A stretch of 64,000 bases of DNA from Steroidobacteraceae bacterium. Lineage in GTDB: Bacteria; Pseudomonadota; Gammaproteobacteria; Steroidobacterales; Steroidobacteraceae. The notes beneath the pieces were generated by a model. That model was not told the origin of the DNA and made no database searches. It worked only from the letters and a program-made list of their open reading frames with translations. Each line of letters begins with the position of its first letter. Position 1 is the first letter of the stretch. The DNA lies in contig DASTXR010000159.1 of the NCBI GenBank assembly GCA_035765415.1, positions 48 to 64,047 of the forward strand. Direction: 5' to 3'. The position numbers and the translations under genes were made by a program. This document shows, piece by piece, positions 55,824-64,000 of the stretch.

Positions 55824-57655
55824 ACGCGGCCGTGGGCTTCGACCATGCGGCGGAAGCGATCGTGGCAGGCCATGGCTTTTTCGCGGATGCGCTGGAACTC
55901 GGGATCGTTTCGAAGGCCAGCCCAGACCGGATCCAGGTCGAGCGCGGGGTAGGAGCAGTAGTGGCCATCCACCCCGCGCTCCACGAAACGCAGCGCGTCT
56001 TGCGGACGGCCACAGAAGCTCAGCATCGGCGCGATGGCGTAGGCAGTTTCCGGATCGTCGCTCAACTCCCAGTGGCGGATGAACTCGGCGACCGGAACGT
56101 CGAGTGCCGCGCCGGTCGCGCCTTCGAGGCAAGGCTGCATGAGTCGCCGCGTGGGGTCATCGGCCGCCTGTCGCGCGGAATTCAGGGCCACCGCGCGGTC
56201 GTTGATGCGCAGCGAATAGAGCACCGTGGCCCAATGGACGAAATAGGAACCCTCGTCGAGGCGGAAATATTCCATGGGCTGCGAAAGTTTTCCGCCGTAG
56301 AGATAGGCATAGCCGCAGGACCGCAGGCGCGGATTCTTGGGATCGCGGTCGCGCGCCAGCTCGCAGTGTCGCTGCGAATCCTCCATCAGGCCTCCATAGC
56401 GATACACGTAGGAGACCGTGAAATTCGTTTCGGCGCCGGGACCGAAGTGTTGGAGCAGACGGCGGGCGTCAAGGTAGGCGCCTTCGAGATCGCCGGCTTC
56501 GGCGCGATGAGTCACGACCGACCGTGCGGCCGTGATCAGGTCCGGATCGAGCTCCAGGGCCTTGCGATATGCAGCCAGCGACTTCTGCCGCGCCGGCACC
56601 GAGCCACCCCACCAGGTGCCGAGCGCGTAGTAGCGAAACCCGAGCGCGTCCCAGGCAGGCGCGAACGCCGGGTCCAGCGCCACGACTCGCTCCAGCAGCT
56701 CGATGGCCTGCTCGGAGGGCTTCTGCTGCTGCGGAAACGCAAGACTGCGCAGATAGAGCTGATACGCCTCATCGTGCGCGGGCGTGACTCCGGCCGACGC
56801 CACCGCGCGCGCTCCGAGTGCGGGCAGCAATCCCTGCCGCACGCCTTCGGCGATGCCACCGCGCATCGCCAGCAGGTCGCCGGCGGGCACCGTGATGCGC
56901 GTGCGCCAGATCACGCGTTCCTGCACGACGTTCTGCGCCTCGATGGCGAGGCTCAACTGGTTGTTGTCCTCGCGGTAGTAGCGGCCGCTCACGATGTGAT
57001 CCACCTGGCGCTCACGGGCCGCGGCGAGCGGATTTTTCTCCGCGACATAACCGAAAGGGCGCACGGCGACGGCCTGTGACTTGGTGAGCATCGTCGCGGT
57101 TTCGTCGGAGAGCGCGAGCGCCAGGTAGTCGAGCGTTTCATCGCCCGCCGCGTTCTCGAAGCGCATGACCGCCACGCTGGTGGGCGCGCCCGGTGACGAA
57201 CTCCGCCACCAGAACCACGCGCCGCCCACAAGCGCGATGCCGAGCAGCAACGACCCGCCCGCGACGAGTCGCCTGCGGGATTGCGGAGGCAGGTCATCCG
57301 TTGAAGCCTGAGCAGGCTGCATCTGCGCCGGCAAAACCTGCGCCTTCAGGCAATAGCCGCGCTTCGGAATCGTTTCGATGACGCGATGAACCGAGCGATC
57401 GTCGCCCAGGTGATGGCGCAGTTCGGAGATGCAGTTGGTCACCGCCTGGTCGGTGACCACGATCTGGCCCCACACTTTTTCGTTGAGCGTCTCGCGCGAG
57501 ACGACTTCGCCGGCGTGCTCGGCCAGGCACACGAGCACATCCATGACCCGGGGCTCGAGACGCACCTCCACTTCGCCCCGCACGATGCGGTTCTGTCGAG
57601 GCTCGACGAGGCACTCGCCAATGCGGAAGCCAGCTTGCAGTTGCTGAAGGTTCAC
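55820..57655 (-). CDS. CadC/OmpR-type winged-helix transcriptional regulator - TM - periplasmic TPR domain (copy 1)
   Basis: GTG start overlapping the upstream stop (GTGA). LEPRVMDVLVCLAEHAGEVVSRETLNEKVWG...IETIPKRGY. Confidence 0.75.
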   Translation of the reverse strand: MNLQQLQAGFRIGECLVEPRQNRIVRGEVEVRLEPRVMDVLVCLAEHAGEVVSRETLNEKVWGQIVVTDQAVTNCISELRHHLGDDRSVHRVIETIPKRGYCLKAQVLPAQMQPAQASTDDLPPQSRRRLVAGGSLLLGIALVGGAWFWWRSSSPGAPTSVAVMRFENAAGDETLDYLALALSDETATMLTKSQAVAVRPFGYVAEKNPLAAARERQVDHIVSGRYYREDNNQLSLAIEAQNVVQERVIWRTRITVPAGDLLAMRGGIAEGVRQGLLPALGARAVASAGVTPAHDEAYQLYLRSLAFPQQQKPSEQAIELLERVVALDPAFAPAWDALGFRYYALGTWWGGSVPARQKSLAAYRKALELDPDLITAARSVVTHRAEAGDLEGAYLDARRLLQHFGPGAETNFTVSYVYRYGGLMEDSQRHCELARDRDPKNPRLRSCGYAYLYGGKLSQPMEYFRLDEGSYFVHWATVLYSLRINDRAVALNSARQAADDPTRRLMQPCLEGATGAALDVPVAEFIRHWELSDDPETAYAIAPMLSFCGRPQDALRFVERGVDGHYCSYPALDLDPVWAGLRNDPEFQRIREKAMACHDRFRRMVEAHGRV

Positions 57656-59493
57656 GGCTTGCTGCCGACTTTATCGTAAGCCTCGACCATCCGTCGGAAC
57701 CGGTCCTCGCAGGTCATGGCCTTGCCGCGAATCCGCTGGAATTCCGGATCGCCGCGCAACCCCGCCCAGATCGGATCCAGGTCGATCGAAGGGTACGAAC
57801 AGAAGCCGCCATCCACCGCGCGTTCCACGAAGCGCAGGGCATCAGCTGTCCGGCCGCAGAAGACCAGCAACGCCGCCATGGCGTGGGCGGGTTCAGGGTC
57901 TTCACTGCGTTGCCAGTGCTGGATGAACTCAGCGGCGGGCGCTTCGAGATCCGCGCCGCGGGCGCCTTCGAGACAGGGCTCCATGAATCGCCGCGTCGGC
58001 TCGTCAGCGGCCTGCCGCGTGACGCGCAAGGCCGCATCGCGGCCATTGAGCCGCAGCTGATACTGCACCAGGCCCCAATGAACGAAGAATGAGCCCTCTT
58101 CCAGCTCGAGGAAATCCATGACACGGGACAGTTCACCCGCGTACAGGTAGGCAAACGCACAGGAACGCAGGCGCGGATCCTGCGGGTCGCGATCGAGCGC
58201 CAGCTCGCAGTGACGCTGTGAATTCTCCAGCATGCCTCCGTACCGATAGACATAGGAGATGGCGAAATGCGTGTCGGCGCCGGGTCCGAACTGATCGAGC
58301 AGTTGCCGGGCGTCGCGATAGGCGCCCTCGTGGTCGCCGGTTTCAACACGACGCATGACGATCGCCCGGGCCGCCGAGATAAGCCTTGGATCGAGCTCCA
58401 AAGCCTTGCGATGCGCGGCAAGTGACTTCTGTCGCGCCTGCTCTGCGCCGCCCCACCAGGAGCCGAAGTCATAGTAGCGGCGCCCCAGCGCGTCCCATGC
58501 CGGGGCGAACGCCGGCTCCAGCGCCACGGCCTGCTCGAGCATCTCGATGGCCCGTTCGTTCGGCTTGGGCTGCTGCGGAAACGCGATGCTGCGCAGATAG
58601 AGTTGATAGGCCTCGGCGTTCGCGGGTATCGATCCCGACTTCCGGACGGCGTGCTCGCCGAGTGCAGGCAGCAACCCCTGCTGCACGCCCGCCGCGATAC
58701 GTTCACGCATCGCCAGCAGATCACCGGCGGGCAGCGTGATTCGCGTGCGCCAGATCACGCGTTCCTGTTCGACATGCTGAGCCTCGACCGCGAGGCTCAA
58801 TTGTCCGTTGTCCTCCAGGTAATACCGGCCGCTCACGATGTGATCGACGTGGCGTTTGCGCGCGCTGGCGACCGGATCCTCACCATCCAGGTAACCGAGT
58901 GGACGCACCGCGAGACCTTGGGAAGCGATGAGCAGCGTCGCAATCTCGTCGGGCAGCGCCAGCGCGAGGTAGTCCAGCGCTTCGTCACGGGCGGCATTCT
59001 CGAAGCGCACTACAGCCACGCTGGTGAGAGGCTGCGGCGAAGAACTTCGCCACCGGAACCACGCGCCGACCGACAGCGCGATAAACAGCAGCGCAACCCC
59101 GAGCAGCATCTTCCGGTTTGCGAACGGACGGCGCTGGCCGGCGGCGGGCGTGTGCTCGATGAGCGCCACCGGCGCTGTGAGGCGATAACCGCGCTTCGGA
59201 ATCGTCTCGATGACGCGATGCGCGGCGCGGTCATCGCCCAGATGCTGGCGCAGTTCGGAAATGCAGTTCGTCACCGCCTGATCGGTGACGATGACGTTGC
59301 CCCAAACCTTCTCGTTCAGCGTTTCACGCGACACCACTTCGCCGGCGTGTTCGGCCAGGCAGACCAGCACGTCCACCACCCGGGGTTCGAGGCGCGCCTC
59401 GACGCCACCGCGCACGATGCGGTTCTGGCTGGGCTCGATGAGACATTCGCCGATGCGGAAGCCCGCTTGCAGCTGCTGACGCGTGAATGCCAT
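57652..59493 (-). CDS. CadC/OmpR-type winged-helix transcriptional regulator - TM - periplasmic TPR domain (copy 2, tandem paralog)
   Basis: Trimmed to MAFTRQQLQAGF... Collinear with copy 1 along its whole length. Confidence 0.75.
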   Translation of the reverse strand: MAFTRQQLQAGFRIGECLIEPSQNRIVRGGVEARLEPRVVDVLVCLAEHAGEVVSRETLNEKVWGNVIVTDQAVTNCISELRQHLGDDRAAHRVIETIPKRGYRLTAPVALIEHTPAAGQRRPFANRKMLLGVALLFIALSVGAWFRWRSSSPQPLTSVAVVRFENAARDEALDYLALALPDEIATLLIASQGLAVRPLGYLDGEDPVASARKRHVDHIVSGRYYLEDNGQLSLAVEAQHVEQERVIWRTRITLPAGDLLAMRERIAAGVQQGLLPALGEHAVRKSGSIPANAEAYQLYLRSIAFPQQPKPNERAIEMLEQAVALEPAFAPAWDALGRRYYDFGSWWGGAEQARQKSLAAHRKALELDPRLISAARAIVMRRVETGDHEGAYRDARQLLDQFGPGADTHFAISYVYRYGGMLENSQRHCELALDRDPQDPRLRSCAFAYLYAGELSRVMDFLELEEGSFFVHWGLVQYQLRLNGRDAALRVTRQAADEPTRRFMEPCLEGARGADLEAPAAEFIQHWQRSEDPEPAHAMAALLVFCGRTADALRFVERAVDGGFCSYPSIDLDPIWAGLRGDPEFQRIRGKAMTCEDRFRRMVEAYDKVGSKP

Positions 59494-59522
59494 GTGAGGC
59501 AATGCTACGCGAAGTCCCCTCG

Positions 59523-61235
59523 TCAAACCCGGCGCAGAACGAACAGAATGAGTCCCCAGTAGATAGCGAATGCAAAGCCGCGTGACCAGTCGTTCGGCAG
59601 GCCATCAGCAAGGCGACCCCATGTCCACAGGAGCAGCCACACGAGCAGTCCCCATACGACCAGCGGGAAAAAGCCGAGGATGCCGACGATCCAGTTGCGC
59701 CTCGGCTTCGGGGTGGGCATTGGCGGGACTCGCCCGGACACCATGAACTGGGCGATGTCTTCCCACATGTGCTCCTGGATCGCCGCACCGTGACCGCCGC
59801 TGACGCTGATCTGCTGAATCAGGTTCGGCGTGACTGGATGAAACCCCCTGTGGCCAGCGCTGCCGAGATCCTGAATCCGGATTCCTTCGAACAACCCCGG
59901 GAAGAATGCGACCACCCAGTCGCGCGTGCCGACGAAATTGAGCACGGATTCAATCTGCTCGCGTGCCTGCGCTTCGTACCAGCGGAAACTCCGACGTACG
60001 ACGCTGCCCGCGAAGACGACGCGCCGGAAACGGCACGCGCGGTATCGCTCCAGCGCCTTGGCGAGCAGGTAGGTGCCGTTACTATGGCCGACGTAGTTGA
60101 ATTCCGCGTCCGGATAGCGGGCGAGCGCCTCGACGTACTGCTCCATCATCCACTCAACCTTCTCCACGCGACGCTGCGGCAGCAGGAACGGCAGCATCGC
60201 GAAGTATCCGTAGCTCGACGTCTCCATCGCCCATTTTTCGTTGCGCATCCATCCAAGCTTCATCACGCGCCGCGCGATCTTGTGGGTCCAGTGACCTTCG
60301 TCGCGGATGCCGTGGATGACGAACACCACCTGCCGCACGGTGCGATCGGGTTCCGCCAGCTTGTCGTCCGACGGGATCATCGCTGCACGGTAGAGATCGG
60401 CAAGCGGCAGAGTCAGTGCGTCGATGAATATTTCCCGGCGCGCCAGTGCGGCAAAACTTCCGGCCAGTTCGATGACGGTCTGGTGCGTGGACCTCGGCAC
60501 GTCTAGGTAGATGAAATTTCTGCCTGAGACGAGATCGACGTTGTCATCCGGCGCAACCATGTCATCGATGGATCCCAGCAGCTGAATCATCAGCGGCCCG
60601 CTCTCCTGTCTCAGCACCTGCTCGTTGCGCAATACGATCCACTGGATACGAAGGTTCGTGATGAACCGGGAGCCGTGTCTTATCGCGAGGATGATGGGTA
60701 TCCGGCGCGTGACTCCAGAGACCAGGAAACCGAACCAGGTGCCGAGTTTCCATGCGGCGGCGCGCCAGGGTTTCAGATGGTGCGAAATCCGCCACCCACG
60801 ATTCATTGCGGCCAGCAGAACAATTCGCCGTATTTCCTTCGCCCAGTGGTAACCGGCAAACAACTGCCCCGGCTCCAGGCCGAGCGCCTCGCGAAGACTA
60901 TCTTCGAATGGCGCGCGGATGTGTTCGCCGCACGCGACGAGATACAACTTGCGTGCGAGCAGCGCGCCAAAGCTGTGACCGACGAACACGATCTCGTCAT
61001 AGCCGCCGTTCTCGCGCCATTGCGCATCAACGAGTTCCGCGAGTCGCGCGACGATCTCGTTAGGCTTCGCCAGCGACAATAGGTGCAGCGGCATCGCCGG
61101 CACGACGATCTTTGCCGCCGGCCAGGCGGCGCGTACCGCGTCCGTCACCTGTTCCATGTCGTCAGGTGTGTGCATGAACCCGTGCAGCACGAGCACGAGG
61201 CGACGCTTGGAGAAATCGGGGGTCATCGCATTCAT
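59523..61235 (-). CDS. Tandem double alpha/beta-hydrolase (lipase/esterase-like) protein with C-terminal TM anchor
   Basis: Two nucleophile elbows (GHSFG, GHSNG), each in an LVLHGF/FVIHGI-type fold. C-terminal WIVGILGFFPLVVWGLLVWLLLW. Start uncertain (ATG 61235 preferred over TTG 61271). Confidence 0.65.
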   Translation of the reverse strand: MNAMTPDFSKRRLVLVLHGFMHTPDDMEQVTDAVRAAWPAAKIVVPAMPLHLLSLAKPNEIVARLAELVDAQWRENGGYDEIVFVGHSFGALLARKLYLVACGEHIRAPFEDSLREALGLEPGQLFAGYHWAKEIRRIVLLAAMNRGWRISHHLKPWRAAAWKLGTWFGFLVSGVTRRIPIILAIRHGSRFITNLRIQWIVLRNEQVLRQESGPLMIQLLGSIDDMVAPDDNVDLVSGRNFIYLDVPRSTHQTVIELAGSFAALARREIFIDALTLPLADLYRAAMIPSDDKLAEPDRTVRQVVFVIHGIRDEGHWTHKIARRVMKLGWMRNEKWAMETSSYGYFAMLPFLLPQRRVEKVEWMMEQYVEALARYPDAEFNYVGHSNGTYLLAKALERYRACRFRRVVFAGSVVRRSFRWYEAQAREQIESVLNFVGTRDWVVAFFPGLFEGIRIQDLGSAGHRGFHPVTPNLIQQISVSGGHGAAIQEHMWEDIAQFMVSGRVPPMPTPKPRRNWIVGILGFFPLVVWGLLVWLLLWTWGRLADGLPNDWSRGFAFAIYWGLILFVLRRV

Positions 61236-61425
61236 TGCGGCACCTGCACCATGGCTGCTGCGATGCGACAAGTCGATGTACGATCGATTTCGCTCGCCAG
61301 CTTTTGAGTAGTTGGAGCTAAGATATCAAACAGCAACAACAAACGTCCGCGCCACTCCTTCGGCGAGAGACACAAACAACGGCTCGTGCGCACGCGACAG
61401 CCGGGCCCGGCATGGGAGAACGATC

Positions 61426-62283
61426 ATGGATTTCGTGTTCCTGTTCGAACCCGGGAAGGTCAAGGAGGTCGTCGGCGAGCTGACCGACTTCATCCTCGAA
61501 TACGCGATCGCGCTGGCAGCCGTCAGTGCGCTCGCCATGGCGCTCATCGAGGGCTTCAAGAGCCTGGCGAAGACACGTGAGCGCTTCCACATGCGGCGGC
61601 TGCACGAGTGGATAGTCTCGTCGCCGATTCCGACGATCCAGATCGAAGGTCTCACGGCCGAAACTGCGGCGGCGCACCAGTTTCGGGAACTGGTGTTCCG
61701 GCAGCTCATGCACCTGTCGACGGGCATCGACCTGGTCGATCGATCACTGGCGACGCTGCAGAGCATCGATGGCAAACATTTCTACCCGTCTACCGCCAAC
61801 GCGCTGTTTACATTGGAGCTGGAGAAGATGATGGGCCAGATCCAGGATGCGGCCGACATCGCGCTGAACACTCCCGAGGTGCACAAGGAGCTTTTCCTGT
61901 TCCTGACCTCCGGTGCGCGGATCGACGATGTCAGGACGTGGGTCAATGCGTCGAGGTTGACGGCGGCGAAACAGTCGGACGAGATGAAGAAAAATGGCGT
62001 CGAAGCCTACGGCCGGCTGAGCAAGTACGTGCGGCGCCGTCTCGACGGGCTGCAGCTCGCCGCTAACTACACGTGGGCGAAGAAAAACCAGTGGTGGTCG
62101 ATCGTTGTCGGCGGAATCCTGATGGCCGCCAGCCTCTTCTACCTGGAGTCCCTGAAGCCGGGTGAGGCGACGAACGTAACGGGATGGATCCAGATCATTG
62201 TCGCGTCGCTGCTTGGCGGCATAGTGGCCCCGATTGCCAAGGACCTCGTCAGCGCGCTCAAGAAGGTACGCCAGGTTGGCTAG
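61426..62283 (+). CDS. Hypothetical membrane protein (1 N-terminal + 2 C-terminal TM helices)
   Basis: Track ORF trimmed to the ATG at 61426 (MDFVFLFEPGK...). No recognisable domain. Confidence 0.55.
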   Translation: MDFVFLFEPGKVKEVVGELTDFILEYAIALAAVSALAMALIEGFKSLAKTRERFHMRRLHEWIVSSPIPTIQIEGLTAETAAAHQFRELVFRQLMHLSTGIDLVDRSLATLQSIDGKHFYPSTANALFTLELEKMMGQIQDAADIALNTPEVHKELFLFLTSGARIDDVRTWVNASRLTAAKQSDEMKKNGVEAYGRLSKYVRRRLDGLQLAANYTWAKKNQWWSIVVGGILMAASLFYLESLKPGEATNVTGWIQIIVASLLGGIVAPIAKDLVSALKKVRQVG

Positions 62284-63211
62284 ATACTTTCCACCGCCCG
62301 AGGCCTATCGACCGGGCCTCATCCTGCAACTGCGCGAGCGGCCCGAAGGCGGTGGTTTGCTCGCGGAGGTCCTGCAGGTTCCCCTGTCGGATCTGGCGCC
62401 GCGGACCGACATGATCGTGCTCGTTCACGGGTTCAACAATCACTACGGCGAAGCGGCGACCGCGTACTTTGGATTTCGCAGCAGGCAGCGCGAGCGGGAT
62501 CCGGCCTGTGCGAACAGCCTCGAATCAAAGCTGGGAGACGCCTTCTGGCCCGGTGATGCGGCCTGGGGCATCGCGGACAAGGCGGACTTCCTGGTGTACT
62601 CGTCGGCGGTCGGAACCGCGATCGAGGCCGCGGAAATCCTTGCGAGTCATCTTGCTCAAATGCCAACGCTGCGCCGTGTGAATTTCCTCGGACATTCGCT
62701 CGGGTGTCGCGTGGTGCTCGAAACCGTTCGCCTCCTCGCGAGCAATCACGGCCCGCACGTGGGGAATGTATGCCTGATGGCGGCTGCCGTTCCGCTCTTC
62801 AAGGTCGTGCGCGGCGGCGAGCTCGAGGCTGCAATGGACCACGCGGATCAAGTACTCATTCTCTATTCGGAAGCGGACACGGTTTTGAAATGGGCTTTCC
62901 CAGCGGGGCAGACGCTGGCGAGAGGCGACGAGGGTTTCTGCCCTCGCGCCCTGGGCCGCAGGGAGCCGCCGCCGACCATCGCGGGTCGCAGCACAAAGTC
63001 GAAGCAGGTGAACGGAGCCAGGCATGGCGACTATTGGGGGCACTCTGAAACCGTGCCTGCACGTTCCTCCATTGCATTCGTCAGCGAATTCTTTTCGCTC
63101 GGCGCATTGTCACGTTCGGTCGACAGCCGCGAGGTTGGCGAGGCCAACACGTTTGAGGCGCGCCCCTCTTCGAGCAAACGCAGGGGAGCCGCCTCGGTGC
63201 GTCGCATCTAG
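62276..63211 (+). CDS. Alpha/beta hydrolase (DUF900-like esterase/lipase)
   Basis: MIVLVHGFNN ... NFLGHSLGCRVVLE nucleophile elbow. Putative TTG start overlapping the upstream stop. Confidence 0.6.
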   Translation: MARYFPPPEAYRPGLILQLRERPEGGGLLAEVLQVPLSDLAPRTDMIVLVHGFNNHYGEAATAYFGFRSRQRERDPACANSLESKLGDAFWPGDAAWGIADKADFLVYSSAVGTAIEAAEILASHLAQMPTLRRVNFLGHSLGCRVVLETVRLLASNHGPHVGNVCLMAAAVPLFKVVRGGELEAAMDHADQVLILYSEADTVLKWAFPAGQTLARGDEGFCPRALGRREPPPTIAGRSTKSKQVNGARHGDYWGHSETVPARSSIAFVSEFFSLGALSRSVDSREVGEANTFEARPSSSKRRGAASVRRI

Positions 63212-63278
63212 GTGACCGCACGCGCACCGCCTCGTCCCGGGCGAACGGATGTGGTCGTGCAGGCGCTGGTCGACTGGA

Positions 63279-64000
63279 TCAGGCCGCCGCGACCCGCGCA
63301 GTGACGATCCAGGCGCGCGAGTCGAACAGCACTCCGTCCCCGGTGAGACGGTCGGTGAGCATCCTGCGAAGTTGCCCGAGTGCGCGTGATGCCGCGTCCG
63401 CGTCGAGCCTGCCGAGAAAGTCCTTCGTGTTCCTGAAACTGCGAATGATGTGGTATGCCGTGTCCACATCCGGCCCGTAGTACACGGGCTCGTGCACGTC
63501 GGTGAATGCAACTTCAACGAAGCCAGACTTCTGAAGCACCGCTTCCACGACCGCGGGTTCGGCAAGCGAAAACAGTGTGTCGCCCCAGGTGACACGAGCT
63601 TCGTGATCCGGCAGCGCCACTGCCTGCGGTATCACCAGGGCCCATTCATTGCGCTCGCAGCTCTGCCACACCAGCATCACCAGCCGCGCACCAAGCCTGC
63701 CGGCATGCGCGAGATTCGTGAACGCGGCGACGGAGTCCGCAAAGAACATCGTGCCAAACCGGCTGATCAGAACGTCGAAAGAGGCCGGCGCAAAGCGGTG
63801 GACCTGCGCGTCGCCCTGCTCGTAGCGCACGTTCTCCAAGCCGGCTTCCAGCGTCAGGCGGCGTGCGCGCTCGAGCATTTCACCGGAGATGTCCACACCC
63901 AGGACGCTTCCGGACGATGCGGCGCGCGCCGCGTCGCGCGTGGTCTGCCCTGCTCCGCACCCGATGTCCAGCACCCGATCGGTCGAGGCGATAGCCGTGG
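63279..64000 (-). CDS. Class I SAM-dependent methyltransferase (5' end beyond window)
   Basis: Motif I VLDIGCGAGQTT lies close to the window edge. The N-terminus must lie beyond 64000. Confidence 0.7.
   Translation of the reverse strand, partial: TAIASTDRVLDIGCGAGQTTRDAARAASSGSVLGVDISGEMLERARRLTLEAGLENVRYEQGDAQVHRFAPASFDVLISRFGTMFFADSVAAFTNLAHAGRLGARLVMLVWQSCERNEWALVIPQAVALPDHEARVTWGDTLFSLAEPAVVEAVLQKSGFVEVAFTDVHEPVYYGPDVDTAYHIIRSFRNTKDFLGRLDADAASRALGQLRRMLTDRLTGDGVLFDSRAWIVTARVAAA

Noticed and set aside
128-62077. Pentamer GTTAG/CTAAC as a possible enriched signal
   Set aside because: About 34 copies were counted, which is not above a crude composition expectation. Several are just stop-codon contexts. 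Only the extended TTGTTAG word is enriched.
1-64000. Search for CRISPR arrays, tRNA/rRNA genes, integrases or transposases, prophage genes
   Set aside because: I could see no regularly spaced repeats, no cloverleaf-like or rRNA-like segments, and no recombinase or transposase ORFs. Mobility evidence is limited to the MITE-like element and the 100-bp duplication.

Overview
High-GC (about two-thirds G+C by eye), densely packed proteobacterial-type chromosomal window with about 52 supportable protein-coding genes. I saw no rRNA, tRNA, CRISPR array or transposase. Many long ORFs in the six-frame track are antisense shadows typical of high-GC DNA and were discarded. Several track ORFs were trimmed to internal starts; 4-nt ATGA/GTGA stop-start overlaps are common. 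Layout: (i) 0.1-15.2 kb is a carbohydrate-utilisation locus: AGE epimerase, GluP-type and sugar-porter MFS transporters, ROK regulator plus ROK kinase, tryptophan-halogenase-like flavoprotein, GH3, SGNH esterase and LamG-GH2. A 172-bp MITE-like palindromic element sits between two convergent genes. (ii) 15.2-20.3 kb holds an ECF42-type sigma / YCII(DGPF) / VOC / hydrolase module, an HDOD protein and a small DCC / LMW-PTP / membrane operon. (iii) 20.3-28.6 kb is an accessory patch with two paralogous secreted beta-rich proteins, a small DUF cassette and a TonB-dependent receptor. Two 100-bp direct repeats carrying gene relics document a ~1.7-kb insertion here. (iv) 28.7-37.2 kb has a TPR-sulfotransferase and M20 peptidase, and divergently a PspA/IM30 - classical AAA+ ATPase - TM coiled-coil - SBP/OmpA operon, a possible ESCRT-III/Vps4-like membrane-remodelling module. 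(v) 37.2-42.7 kb has an FN3 secreted protein, the PA2778/PA2779 pair, and a SpoIIE-RsbW fusion with a STAS partner. (vi) 42.7-49.4 kb is my top candidate for an undescribed system. It is a tight, lower-GC four-gene operon: an EACC1-like small protein, an HExxH metallopeptidase, a winged-HTH protein and a 1149-aa helical giant with a possible PIN-like N-terminus. I recognise no known defence signature in it. (vii) 49.9-64 kb has an S41 peptidase, a LytS/LytTR two-component system, an ICMT/MddA-like methyltransferase, two tandem CadC-like/TPR regulators, an alpha/beta-hydrolase plus membrane-protein cluster, and a truncated SAM methyltransferase. All functional calls rest on motif and family recognition by eye; no database search was run.
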